Notes: generated by a model from the letters alone, not told the origin. A stretch of DNA of 64,000 nt from Myxococcota bacterium (GCA_965228475.1 OZ245817.1:1728001-1792000), one strand, 5' to 3'; counted from the stretch's first letter, positions 1-9,217 are shown. Translations and numbers: made by a program.

Positions 1-710
1 CCGCGAACGGGACAAACCCCTTCGATCCGACCTACGTCCAGGTGACCTACAGCGAGGGCAGCAACCTGATCGACATCACCTCCGACATCGGGGGCGGGGA
101 GCTCGGCGGTCTGCTGAACGTGCGAGACCAGATCCTCTCGGGCGCGATCCGGAGTCTCGACACCCTGGCCTACAACCTGATCGAGACGGTCAACACCCAG
201 CACCAGGCCGGCTTCGACCTCACCGGCGCGGCCGGCGGGGACTTCTTCACGGACACCCTGGCGGCCGGCGTGGCCGACGCCGCCAGCACGATCAGCCTCG
301 ATGCGGCGCTCACCGGCGACACGATCGCCGCCGCTGCCAACGCCGCGGGCGACCCGGGCGACCGCGGCAACGCCCAGGCCATGGCGGATCTGCGCAACGC
401 CTCGGCGGCGCTCTACCTGCCCGGGGACCCGGCGCCGCCCGGGGCGGCCACGGGCCCGGTCCGCAGCGTGCTCGAGCACACCGCAGCCACGATCGCCGAC
501 GTCGGTCAGCAGGCCCAGGGGCTCGCCGCCGCGCGCGACCAGCAGGGCCGGGTGCTCGAGACCCTCGAGAACCGGCGGGACGCGATCTCCGGCGTGTCCG
601 TCGACGAAGAGGTCGTGAACCTGGTGCGGCTCGAGGCCGCCTTCCAGGCCAACGCGCGGGTCATCGCCACCGTTCAGCAGATGCTGGACGAGCTGGTGTC
701 GCTACTCTAG
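1..710 (+). CDS. flgK: Flagellar hook-associated protein 1, C-terminal part (5' truncated by window edge)
   Basis: GGELGGLL motif; C-terminal ISGVSVDEEVVNLVRLEAAFQANARVIATVQQMLDEL; frame open to window start; directly upstream of flgL. Confidence 0.95.
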   Translation, partial: ANGTNPFDPTYVQVTYSEGSNLIDITSDIGGGELGGLLNVRDQILSGAIRSLDTLAYNLIETVNTQHQAGFDLTGAAGGDFFTDTLAAGVADAASTISLDAALTGDTIAAAANAAGDPGDRGNAQAMADLRNASAALYLPGDPAPPGAATGPVRSVLEHTAATIADVGQQAQGLAAARDQQGRVLETLENRRDAISGVSVDEEVVNLVRLEAAFQANARVIATVQQMLDELVSLL

Positions 711-725
711 GAGCAGGGGCAGGGG

Positions 726-1682
726 ATGGGCTTTCGCATCACGAACTCGATTCTCTATCGCACGACGCTCGCCAACGTCAGCCGGCAGCGTGAGCGCCTC
801 GCCGTCCGCCAGGAGCAGGCGGCCAGTGGCCTCCGCGTGAACCGCCCTTCGGACGACCCCGCGGCGGTCCGAACCGCCTCCGTCCTCAAGGCGGCGCTCT
901 CCGCCAACGAACAGTTCGGCCGCAACGTCACGCAATCGCGCTCGCGGGTGCAGGGCATGGAGTCGGCGCTCGCCAACGTGAACGAGCTGCTCGTCACCCT
1001 GCGGGACCGGGTCCTGCAGGGCGCGAACGACCCGACCGGCGACGCCGCGGCGAACCTCGCCCAGGACGTCGAGCAGATCCACGGGTCGCTGCTCGCGGAG
1101 GGCAACACCACCGTGGGCGGCTCGCACGTCTTCTCGGGCTACGCGAGCCAGACGCCCCCGTTCGCGGTCGCCGGCCCCTTCGTCGATGGCAGCCCGTCGC
1201 CCGTGACCTCCTTCGCCGGGGACCGCAACGAACTCGTCGTGCAGATCGACGAGGGCGTCAGCACCCGGGTCACCCTGAACGGCCAGCGGGTCTTCATGGG
1301 CGATGCCGACGGCGACGGCAACGTGGACGCCGGCCGGGCCGACGTCTTCGACGTGGCCGCGGACGTGCGGGACGCACTCCTCCTCCCCGACGATCAGCGC
1401 GGCGATGCCCTGCGTGCGACGCTCGCGCGCATCGACACCGCGATCGAGCAGGTCGGGGCCGAGCGCAGCCGGGTCGGCGCCATCGACACGAAGCTCGTCC
1501 GCCAGCAGGAACTCCTGGCCGACCGCGAGCTTCGCCTGACCGAAGGGCTCTCGGACGCCCAGGACGCCGACGCCGTCGAGGTGTTCTCGGACCTGGTCAG
1601 CCAGGAGGCGGCCCTGCAGGCGTCGCTCGGCGCGACCGCGCGGGTGATCCAACCGACGCTCATGAACTTCCTGGGGGGCTGA
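726..1682 (+). CDS. flgL: Flagellar hook-associated protein 3
   Basis: RITNS start, ASGLRVNRPSDDP, HVFSGY, C-terminal LQASLGATARVIQPTLMNFL; between flgK and csrA. Confidence 0.95.
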   Translation: MGFRITNSILYRTTLANVSRQRERLAVRQEQAASGLRVNRPSDDPAAVRTASVLKAALSANEQFGRNVTQSRSRVQGMESALANVNELLVTLRDRVLQGANDPTGDAAANLAQDVEQIHGSLLAEGNTTVGGSHVFSGYASQTPPFAVAGPFVDGSPSPVTSFAGDRNELVVQIDEGVSTRVTLNGQRVFMGDADGDGNVDAGRADVFDVAADVRDALLLPDDQRGDALRATLARIDTAIEQVGAERSRVGAIDTKLVRQQELLADRELRLTEGLSDAQDADAVEVFSDLVSQEAALQASLGATARVIQPTLMNFLGG

Positions 1683-1942
1683 TGCTCGTCTTATCCCGAA
1701 AGCCCGGTGAGAGTCTGCGCGTCGGGAGCGACGTGAAGATCACCGTCGTCTCGACGGCCTCCGGCCAGGTGCGCATCGGCATCGAGGCGCCCGCCGACGT
1801 CGAGATCCTGCGCGAAGAAGTCTACGAACGCATCGTGGAAGCGAACCTCGAAGCCGCCAAGAGCTCCGGGGCCGTCCCGCGTACCGTCCTCCCCCCGAAC
1901 CTGCAGAAGAACGACCGCCGCGGCGGGGGAGAACGCACATGA
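1682..1942 (+). CDS. csrA: Carbon storage regulator, RNA-binding translational repressor with C-terminal extension
   Basis: MLVLSRKPGESLRVG...VRIGIEAPADVEILREEVY signature; extended C-terminal helix as in FliW-regulated CsrA; TGATG overlap with flgL. Confidence 0.97.
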   Translation: MLVLSRKPGESLRVGSDVKITVVSTASGQVRIGIEAPADVEILREEVYERIVEANLEAAKSSGAVPRTVLPPNLQKNDRRGGGERT

Positions 1943-2406
1943 GCTCGGAACGCACCACGATCGAAACCACCCGGTTCGGCACGCTGGAGGTGGACGCCTC
2001 GGAAGCCTTCCGCTTCGGCGGAGTGCCCGGCTTTCCGGACGCCGAGCGTTTCGTGTTGATGCAGCACGACACGGGCTCCACGTTCGCCTGGCTGATCTCC
2101 CTCGAGCTCCCGGACCTCGCCTTCGTCGTGGCCGACCCGTGGCAGTTCTTCCCGGACTACCGGCCGCCGCTCGAGCCGCGTCATCTGATGACGATCGGCG
2201 TCGAGCAGGCCGAGGACTTCGAGCTCCTGTGCCTCGTGAGCTTCCAGAACGGGGAAGCGACGGTGAACCTCGCGGCCCCGATCCTGATCAACGCCAAGGA
2301 GCGGCGAGGGGCCCAGGTCATCCTCGAGACCGACGACCTGAACGTCCGCGAGGTCGTTCCCGCCCCGGTGCCGGAAGAAGAGGCCGCGGACGGCCAGGCC
2401 GGCTAG
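1939..2406 (+). CDS. fliW: Flagellar assembly factor, CsrA antagonist
   Basis: TTRFG, GVPGF, FAWLIS, LAFVVADPWQFFPDY, TVNLAAPILIN, GAQVIL motifs; ATGA overlap with csrA. Confidence 0.95.
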   Translation: MSSERTTIETTRFGTLEVDASEAFRFGGVPGFPDAERFVLMQHDTGSTFAWLISLELPDLAFVVADPWQFFPDYRPPLEPRHLMTIGVEQAEDFELLCLVSFQNGEATVNLAAPILINAKERRGAQVILETDDLNVREVVPAPVPEEEAADGQAG

Positions 2407-2426
2407 GCCGCCCGGGTCAGCGCCGG

Positions 2427-3302
2427 CTAGCGCGTCCGTTCGATCGGCGGGAGCCGGTCGAGCAGGTTGCCGAGGGCCTCTTCGGGGCCCGGGGCTTCGT
2501 AGCCCGCGGCCGGATCCGCCAGCAAGACGAGATCGACGCGCCGGTTCGCGGCGCGCCCCTCCGGAGAATCGTTCGGCAGGAGCGGGCGGTACTCCGCGTA
2601 GCCAGCGGCGGAGAGCCGGCTCGGGCGCAGGCGGTGGTGCTCGAGCAGGTACCGCAGCACGCCCGTCGCTCGGGCCGTCGACAGCTCCCAGTTGCTCTCG
2701 AAAACCCTCGCGCTTTCGAACGACCCCGCTGCGTCGCCAGCCTTCGTGCTCCGGATCGGGGCGTCGTCGGTGTGACCCTCGATGCGGATCGGCGCGGCGA
2801 CGCTTTCGAGGACGGTGCCGAGCCGATCGAGAACGGGCCCCGCTTCCCCGCGCAGCGTCGCCGAGCCCGGGCTGAACAGGTGGCCCGCCGACAGCGAGAT
2901 CGTGAAGCCCTCGGGAGAGCCCTGCATGCGGACCACCTCCTCGAGTTCGTCGGGGGAGAGCAGTGCGCCGAGGCTGCCCGTGAGTTCGTCCCGGACGGCG
3001 GCGAACTGCGGGGCGATGGCGTCGGCCTCCGAGGCCTGGGGCGCACGGTCGCCGTCGGATTCGGCCGCGAGGCCTCCGGTGCCGCCGGGAAGCAGCAGGT
3101 CGAAGAGGATCGGCTGGGCGCCGGCGGCCCCATCGGCGAAGGCTTCCTTCACGCCGGTCGAGACGCGCTCGAACTTCACGGCGTCGATCGTCGAGCTGGC
3201 GTAGAGCACGACGAAGAAGGCAAACAGGAGCGTGATGAAGTCCGCGTAGGACACCATCCAGCGGTCGCGATCCGGCTCCTCGTCGAGTTCGAGGCGGCGC
3301 AT
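2427..3302 (-). CDS. motB: Flagellar stator protein B with OmpA-like peptidoglycan-binding domain
   Basis: RWMVSYADFITLLFAFFVVLY (conserved Asp), IEGHTD, SNWELSTARA, NRRVD. Confidence 0.95.
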   Translation of the reverse strand: MRRLELDEEPDRDRWMVSYADFITLLFAFFVVLYASSTIDAVKFERVSTGVKEAFADGAAGAQPILFDLLLPGGTGGLAAESDGDRAPQASEADAIAPQFAAVRDELTGSLGALLSPDELEEVVRMQGSPEGFTISLSAGHLFSPGSATLRGEAGPVLDRLGTVLESVAAPIRIEGHTDDAPIRSTKAGDAAGSFESARVFESNWELSTARATGVLRYLLEHHRLRPSRLSAAGYAEYRPLLPNDSPEGRAANRRVDLVLLADPAAGYEAPGPEEALGNLLDRLPPIERTR

Positions 3303-3327
3303 CAGCGGGCTCCCGGGAGTGCGGGCT

Positions 3328-4098
3328 TCACGCCGCTTCCAGCTCTTCCCCGGCCGGTCGGCTGAAGAAGGCCTGCATGCGGTCGTCGAGAACGCTCGGC
3401 GAGACGCCGGATTGGATGCCCAGGGCGGCCTCGATCACCATCTCGTGCACGCTGCGTTCCTTCACCGTGAGCCGCTTCAGCCGTTTGGCGATGGGAAGGA
3501 AGACCAGGTTCGCCGCCCCGACGCCGTAGATCGTGGCGACGAAGGCCACCGCGATGCCGGCTCCGAGCCGCGACGGGTCCGCGAGGTTCTCCATCGTGTG
3601 GATCAAGCCGAGGACGGCGCCGAGGATGCCGAGCGTCGGCGCGAATCCCCCGGCGGTCTCCCAGACCCGGGCCGCCGCGAGTGACTTCTCCGTCCGGATC
3701 TGGACGTCGGTCTCGAGGACGTCGCGCAGGGCTTCGCCCGTGGTGCCGTCGACGACGCGCTGGATCGCGTAGCGCAGGAAGGGGTCCGGATCTCTCCGGC
3801 AACCTTCCTCGAGGGCCACGATGCCCTCGCGCCGGGCGAGGGAGGACATCTCGAACAGGCGGCCGGCGACCTCCCGCGGGTGGGTGTCCTCGGCGGTGAA
3901 GACGCGCCGGAGCATGCGGATCGCGCGCAGGATCTCGGCGGTGGGGGACGAGAGCAGCGTGGCGCCCGCGGTTCCGCCGAGCACGATGACGGCGGCGGTC
4001 GGCTGGAGCAGGGAGCTCAGCGCACCGCCTTCGAGCCATTGGCCGCCGAAGAGCGCGAGCAGTCCGATCAGCAAACCCGCAAGGGCCGTCCACTCCAA
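3328..4098 (-). CDS. motA: Flagellar stator protein A (MotA/MotC type)
   Basis: QPTAAVIVLGGT, ARREGIVALE, APTLGILGAVLGLI, AFVATIYGV; TTG start after GGAGG. Confidence 0.95.
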   Translation of the reverse strand: MEWTALAGLLIGLLALFGGQWLEGGALSSLLQPTAAVIVLGGTAGATLLSSPTAEILRAIRMLRRVFTAEDTHPREVAGRLFEMSSLARREGIVALEEGCRRDPDPFLRYAIQRVVDGTTGEALRDVLETDVQIRTEKSLAAARVWETAGGFAPTLGILGAVLGLIHTMENLADPSRLGAGIAVAFVATIYGVGAANLVFLPIAKRLKRLTVKERSVHEMVIEAALGIQSGVSPSVLDDRMQAFFSRPAGEELEAA

Positions 4099-4120
4099 AC
4101 GTGCTTTCCTCCCGTTCCTT

Positions 4121-4148
4121 CAATCGGCGAACGGGGCTCGTCGCTAGA
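4121..4148 (-). promoter_or_regulatory. Candidate sigma28 (FliA)-type promoter for motAB
   Basis: Minus strand reads TCTAG-N15-GCCGATTG, ending about 22 bp before the motA start. Confidence 0.55.
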
Positions 4149-5355
4149 TGGAGTCGAAACCCCAAAGGAAGAACGGCGGGGCGGTGAGGGCCCCGAGGCG
4201 GGCCGCCCATTCGTCGGGGAGGGACCGCCGCCCCTGCTGCGAGAGGCCCGGCCCGAGAACGGTGCGGACGAACTCGGCGGGGCCGAGGGAAACCCGGTCG
4301 TTTCCTCGGCGGATCCACGGAGCTTCGGGGGGGCCGCCTGCCTGGAGGCCGCTTTCCGGGTGCGCGGCGGCGAGCAGCGCGGCTGGGTCGAGCAGGCGGA
4401 CGAGGCCGAGGACACCTTCGAAGTGGCGGGCCCCGGCCCGGCGGAGGCTCGGGGCGGGTTCCGGCGCCTCGGGTCCGCAGAGCAGGGCGATCTCGTCGGC
4501 GCCGGCGCCGAGCGCCTCGAGGCAGGCGACGACGCCTCCCGGATCACCGGCCCATTCGTGGACGACACCCGGGAAGTCGTCGCCGCGTCCGAGGGCGGCG
4601 TAGGCGACGGGGCCGTTCGCGTCGCGGGCGACGCACACGCGGCAGTCGGGGGCGGCCGCGAGGCGGCGGAGAGCACCCGGTTCGCGCAGCGCGAAGCCCG
4701 GGTGTGCGTGGATCAGGGGCTCGAGGGCGTCCCACTCTTCGAGCCGGGGCGGACCGGTGGTGACGGATGCAGGCGGGCGCAGCGCGACCGTCGGGAGCAT
4801 GCTCGTCGGGATCCGGAGCATGGCCTCGTGGCCGGCGGCATGGAAACCCATGCGCTCGTAGAACGCGTGGCGGTCGCTCCACAGCACCGCCACGGCGGCT
4901 CCGGCCCGTGCGAGATCCCGAACGCAGGCTTCGACGCAGCGGGTCGCGAGCCCGCGGCGCCGGTGGGCGGGGTCGGTGTAGACGAGCCCGATCATGCCGG
5001 CCTCGAGCACGCGGCCGCGAGCGCACAGCGTGATCGGCCGGCCGACCGCGTGGGCCGCGGGCGCTCCGTCGACCCAGGCGATCTGGTGGAAGGGCGAAGC
5101 GCCGGGGTCGAGCAGCGTCGGGACCTCGGCGGCGAGCCGGCCCGGGCGTCCCGGGCGAAGGCCGCGCTCGAGCCACCCGAGGGCCGCCGCGCGCTCGGAG
5201 GCCTTCGGGGGGCGGACCTGGGCGCCATCGTCGGGCCCGTCCACCGTTTCGGGGGCCGGGACGTTGGTGTGCAGGAGATCGGCACTCATCGCGCGGGTGA
5301 TGTGCAAGTTCGATGCCCCGTTTCCGGCTGCCTGCGGGCCCTCCGCACCGTTCAT
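4144..5355 (-). CDS. GNAT family N-acetyltransferase (Eis-like length); alternative start at 5289
   Basis: IGLVYTDPAHRRRGLA acetyl-CoA motif A and AFYERMGF. Confidence 0.8.
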   Translation of the reverse strand: MNGAEGPQAAGNGASNLHITRAMSADLLHTNVPAPETVDGPDDGAQVRPPKASERAAALGWLERGLRPGRPGRLAAEVPTLLDPGASPFHQIAWVDGAPAAHAVGRPITLCARGRVLEAGMIGLVYTDPAHRRRGLATRCVEACVRDLARAGAAVAVLWSDRHAFYERMGFHAAGHEAMLRIPTSMLPTVALRPPASVTTGPPRLEEWDALEPLIHAHPGFALREPGALRRLAAAPDCRVCVARDANGPVAYAALGRGDDFPGVVHEWAGDPGGVVACLEALGAGADEIALLCGPEAPEPAPSLRRAGARHFEGVLGLVRLLDPAALLAAAHPESGLQAGGPPEAPWIRRGNDRVSLGPAEFVRTVLGPGLSQQGRRSLPDEWAARLGALTAPPFFLWGFDSI

Positions 5356-5386
5356 GCTGAACCCCTGCTTTCAGCATGAACGGTGC
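5345..5386. repeat. Perfect 17-bp inverted repeat with 8-nt spacer
   Basis: GCACCGTTCATGCTGAA-cccctgct-TTCAGCATGAACGGTGC. Confidence 0.9.
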
Positions 5387-5541
5387 AGCGCCGAAGCGGG
5401 CGCTCCCCGGGCGTGCGCGGCTCTCGCGCATCGCACCGGCAATTTTCGAGCACCCCGGGAGCAGATCTGGCGCCTACCGGTTCGATCCGTCGTCGCGACG
5501 GGAACCGGCCGATTCTGGGCTGCCTTTCGAGCGTTTCGACG

Positions 5542-5557
5542 TGGCACGGGCCCTGCA
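5542..5557 (+). promoter_or_regulatory. Candidate sigma54 -24/-12 promoter upstream of flagellin
   Basis: TGGCAC-GGGCC-CTGCA vs consensus TGGCAC-N5-TTGCW. Confidence 0.7.
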
Positions 5558-5630
5558 AACGGGACGTACTCCAACAGCAGGCGCGTGGTGCCCGGGATGC
5601 AGTCGTGCCGTGGAGCTTCCGCAGAATGGC

Positions 5631-5658
5631 TCATCCCGGGCCACGAGTCTGCCGATGC
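5631..5658 (+). promoter_or_regulatory. Candidate sigma28-type promoter upstream of flagellin
   Basis: TCATC-N15-GCCGATGC, same spacing as the motA and 43.9 kb motifs. Confidence 0.45.
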
Positions 5659-5759
5659 GCAACTAAGGTTGGAAGGACCCATGTTGCGCGAAGAACAAAG
5701 ACGGGAACGTCTCGCCCGCCAAGGATCGGTGGGTGCACCCATGATCATGGAGGATACAA

Positions 5760-6584
5760 GTGGGTCTTCGTGTCAATACCAACGTGGCGTCCCTGAACGC
5801 CCAACGGAATCTTGCCAACACCACCCAGCGTCTGGGGCGGTCGCTCGAGCGATTGTCTTCGGGCCTGCGGATCAACCGGGCGGCCGACGATGCGGCCGGC
5901 CTCGCGATCTCCGAGTCCTTTCGGGCGGAGATCCGGAGCCTCGAGCAGGCGCAGCGGAACGCGTTCGATGCGATCTCGCTGGTGCAGATCGCGGAAGGGG
6001 CGCTCGACGAGACGGGCAGCAACCTCATCCGGATCCGCGAGCTTGCCGTGCAGGCGGCCAACGGGACCCTGGGCAGCGCCGAGCGTGGTTCGCTGAATCA
6101 GGAAGTCCAGGATCTCCTGGCCGAGATCGATCGGGTCGCCGCGGTGACCAACTTCAACGGCATCCAGCCCCTGGCCGGCGCTTCCGCCGCCGTGACCTTC
6201 CAGGTGGGTGTCAATGGAACGTCGAATGACACGATCACCGTCAGCGGAACGAATGCGACGGCCGCGTCGATCGGCGTCTCGGGTGTGTCGGTGGCGACTG
6301 CATCCGGGGCCCAGGCTGCCCTGGGTGCGCTCGACAGCGCCATCGCCGCCGTGGCTTCTCTGCGGGCCACGTTCGGTACGACGCAGAATCGCCTCGAGTC
6401 GACGATCCGGTCGATCGCGGTGGCAATCGAGAACACCTCGGCTGCCGAATCGCGAATCCGGGACGTCGACGTGGCGAACGAGACCGCGAACCTCACGAGG
6501 AATCAGGTTCTCCAGCAGGCCGGCGTGTCCGTCCTGGCTCAGGCGAACGTGTCCACCTCGATCGCTCTGTCACTGCTCGGTTAG
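5760..6584 (+). CDS. fliC: Flagellin (minimal, 274 aa)
   Basis: RVNTNVASLNAQRNL, LSSGLRINRAADDAAGLAISE, QNRLE, AESRIRDVD, VLAQAN; GTG start after GGAGG. Confidence 0.98.
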   Translation: MGLRVNTNVASLNAQRNLANTTQRLGRSLERLSSGLRINRAADDAAGLAISESFRAEIRSLEQAQRNAFDAISLVQIAEGALDETGSNLIRIRELAVQAANGTLGSAERGSLNQEVQDLLAEIDRVAAVTNFNGIQPLAGASAAVTFQVGVNGTSNDTITVSGTNATAASIGVSGVSVATASGAQAALGALDSAIAAVASLRATFGTTQNRLESTIRSIAVAIENTSAAESRIRDVDVANETANLTRNQVLQQAGVSVLAQANVSTSIALSLLG

Positions 6585-6593
6585 TCGCAGTGA

Positions 6594-6664
6594 TGCGCCC
6601 GATGGCCGGGGGGGCCGTCGGGCGCACCGGGTACGCCCGGGGCGGAGCTTCGCTCCGCTCCGGG
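6594..6664 (+). terminator. Tandem GC-rich hairpins after fliC (terminator or mRNA stabiliser; no U-tract)
   Basis: TGCGCCCGATGGCC/GGCCGTCGGGCGCA (6594-6626) and CCCGGGGCGGAGC/GCTCCGCTCCGGG (6636-6664). Confidence 0.55.
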
Positions 6665-6754
6665 TCACCCGCCGGGCCGGGCCGGTCGCTCGTTCGTCGC
6701 ACGGGGTGCGTGAGGCACACGCCCGCTTTGCGGACGTGTGCGAAGGAGTGAGAG

Positions 6755-8236
6755 ATGTCGGTCGGTAGCACCGGAACGACCCTGGGCGGACGCCTGACCT
6801 TCGGCGGCCTGGCCAGCGGCCTCGATACGAACGCGCTGGTCCAGACCCTGTTGGCGGTCGAAGCGCGTCCCCTGGTACGCCTCGAGAGCCAGAAGTCCGA
6901 GCTCGAGAACGACCGGAAGAAGTATCAGGAGCTGAACACCAAACTCCTCGAGCTGCGCAACCAGGCGCGCGCGCTCGACAACCGCACCCCGAGCCTGGGC
7001 CTCGCATCCTTCGAGGAAGAGCTGCTCGAGTACTCGGCGGCCTCGGCCGACGAGGCGGCCGTCACGGTCTCGGCGACCGGCGAGGCGGTGCCCGGCAGCT
7101 ACGACATCAAGGTCGGGCAGCTCGCTTCCGTGGGCCGCGAGTTCTCCACGGGCTTCGCCTCCCAGGACACGGACCTCGGCTTCGCCGACGGCAACACCCT
7201 GAGCATCGAGTTCGGCGGGGACGCGCCGATCGAGGTCGACGTCGACAGCGGGACGACGCTCCTCCAGATCCGCGACGCGATCAACACCGACTCCGAGAAC
7301 AACGGGAACGTCCAGGCGTCGGTGCTCTACGACGGTACGGACTATCACCTGATCATCGCCGGGACCGAGACCGGCGCGGCGAACGACATCACCACCACCG
7401 CCTCGGCCGGGCTCGGAGCCTTCATCGAGTCCGAAACGGTGGCCCAGGACGCATTCATCGAGGTGCTCGGCTTCACGGTCCAGCGCGAGAGCAACGAGCT
7501 CACCGACGTGCTGGACGGCGTCACGCTGAACCTGCGCGGAACGACCGGCGACGGCTTCGACGACACCGCTCCGGACTTCTCCAGCTTCTCGACGGTCGAG
7601 GTCACGATCGAGACCGACGTCACGGCGATCGGCGACAAGCTCCGCGAGTTCGCGACGGCCTTCAACGAGGTCCGTGACCTGATCAAGACCGAGAGCGCCT
7701 TCGACCTCGAGACCCGGCAGGGGAGGGCCTTCACCGGGGACTCGACGGTGCGGGTGATCGACCAGGAGATCCAGAAGACCCTGGTGGAGAGCTTCGACGT
7801 CGGAGGCTCTTTCGAGGGCCTCGCGGAAATCGGCGTCTCGTTCGATTCGAACGGCCGCCTGTCCGTGGACGATGCGAAGCTCGAGGAAGCGCTGATCGAA
7901 GACGTCTCGAGCGTCAAGCGCCTGCTCGGCGGGGATCCCGACACGCCGGAAGGCACCGATCCGACCGACGACGACGAGGGCGACGGCGTCACCGGCGTCT
8001 CGGGTGTGATGACCGAGCTCGCGAACGTGCTGAAGCCGATCACCCAGAGCGGCGACGGAACCCTCGCCATCCGCGACGACTCCTTCGAGGCACGCATCAA
8101 GACCACCGAAGAGCGGATCGACGCCTTCGAGCTCCTGTTGCAGGGCCGGGAGGAAGCGCTGATCCGCGAGTTCTCCGCGCTCGAGAGCTCGATCGCCGCC
8201 CTCCAGGCCCAGAGCGGCTTCCTGAGCGCCATCTAG
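6755..8236 (+). CDS. fliD: Flagellar filament cap protein
   Basis: GLASGLDTNALVQTL, GSYDIKVGQLA, LAEIGV, C-terminal FSALESSIAALQAQSGFL. Confidence 0.95.
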   Translation: MSVGSTGTTLGGRLTFGGLASGLDTNALVQTLLAVEARPLVRLESQKSELENDRKKYQELNTKLLELRNQARALDNRTPSLGLASFEEELLEYSAASADEAAVTVSATGEAVPGSYDIKVGQLASVGREFSTGFASQDTDLGFADGNTLSIEFGGDAPIEVDVDSGTTLLQIRDAINTDSENNGNVQASVLYDGTDYHLIIAGTETGAANDITTTASAGLGAFIESETVAQDAFIEVLGFTVQRESNELTDVLDGVTLNLRGTTGDGFDDTAPDFSSFSTVEVTIETDVTAIGDKLREFATAFNEVRDLIKTESAFDLETRQGRAFTGDSTVRVIDQEIQKTLVESFDVGGSFEGLAEIGVSFDSNGRLSVDDAKLEEALIEDVSSVKRLLGGDPDTPEGTDPTDDDEGDGVTGVSGVMTELANVLKPITQSGDGTLAIRDDSFEARIKTTEERIDAFELLLQGREEALIREFSALESSIAALQAQSGFLSAI

Positions 8237-8288
8237 GAACCGAGCCCGAACGAACCAGGAACCGGACCGCACGAAAGGACGAGCCAGC

Positions 8289-8666
8289 TTGTTGGACCAG
8301 TACCGTGAGACCGAGATCCGCACCGCCAGCCCCGAGATGCTGGTGGTGAAGATGTACGAGGGTGCGATCCGTTTCGCACGTCAGGCGATCGAGATGAACG
8401 AGGCCGGCCGGCTCGTCGAGCGCGGCAACGCGCTCTCGCGCTGCATGGCGATCGTCGCCGAACTCCGCAACAGCCTGGATCACGAGCAGGGCGCCGAGAT
8501 CGCGACGAACCTCGAGCGGCTCTACAACTTCGTGACCGAGCGCCTGCTCGACGCGAACCTGCAGGGGCGCTCCGAGAGCATCGAGGAGGCGGTCCGTGTC
8601 CTCGACGTGCTGCTCGGGGGCTGGGCCGAGATCGCCAACGGGCCGAAGGCCGAAGGCCCCGCGTGA
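8289..8666 (+). CDS. fliS: Flagellin export chaperone
   Basis: YRETEIRTASPEMLVVKMYEGAI, ELRNSLD, IATNLERLY. Confidence 0.95.
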   Translation: MLDQYRETEIRTASPEMLVVKMYEGAIRFARQAIEMNEAGRLVERGNALSRCMAIVAELRNSLDHEQGAEIATNLERLYNFVTERLLDANLQGRSESIEEAVRVLDVLLGGWAEIANGPKAEGPA

Positions 8667-9022
8667 GTTCCGCCCCTGAAACACCCGAAACGGGGTGCGT
8701 CGACCTCGCGCGCCGGCTGCTCGCAGCCACCCAGGCTCTCGCGGAAGCCCAGGCTTCCGGCGATGCCGCCGCCATGGAGATGGCGCTCCAGGAACGCGAG
8801 GAGGCCTTCGAGGTCCTGCGCAACCGGGTTGGCGAGCGGCCTCCGGAATCGGTCGCCCCTCTGCTGCGTGAGGTCAAAGCCCTCGATGAACGGCTCGTCG
8901 CCGAGGCGTCCGCACGTCAGGAGGCCATCCGCGCGGAGCGCGCCCAGCTCCTCGAGGCGCGCGACGCCGCCCGGCGCGTCCGGCCCGAGGCCGAGCCCCG
9001 GTTCCTCGACGTCCGGGCCTGA
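8663..9022 (+). CDS. Putative FliT-like chaperone
   Basis: Helical 119-aa ORF with GTGA overlap after fliS in the fliD-fliS-fliT position; LQEREEAF and C-terminal FLDVRA. Confidence 0.6.
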   Translation: MSSAPETPETGCVDLARRLLAATQALAEAQASGDAAAMEMALQEREEAFEVLRNRVGERPPESVAPLLREVKALDERLVAEASARQEAIRAERAQLLEARDAARRVRPEAEPRFLDVRA

Positions 9023-9155
9023 GTCCGGCCCCGACGTCACTGCGCCCGCCCGGCTCGCGGCGATTCCATTCTGGAAACAGTCCGTTTCGATCTGAAGGCC
9101 GGGCCTTCGGAGAGCGTCCTCCCTGCCTCCTGCTTGCCGTCCGGCTGCCGGGCCT

Positions 9156-9171
9156 TGGCACCGATCTTGCT
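9156..9171 (+). promoter_or_regulatory. sigma54 -24/-12 promoter for the pseB operon
   Basis: TGGCAC-CGATC-TTGCT, exact consensus. Confidence 0.85.
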
Positions 9172-9217
9172 CATTGACTGCGCATGACACCCGTTCCGGG
9201 TGGGGGGATTGCGCGCG

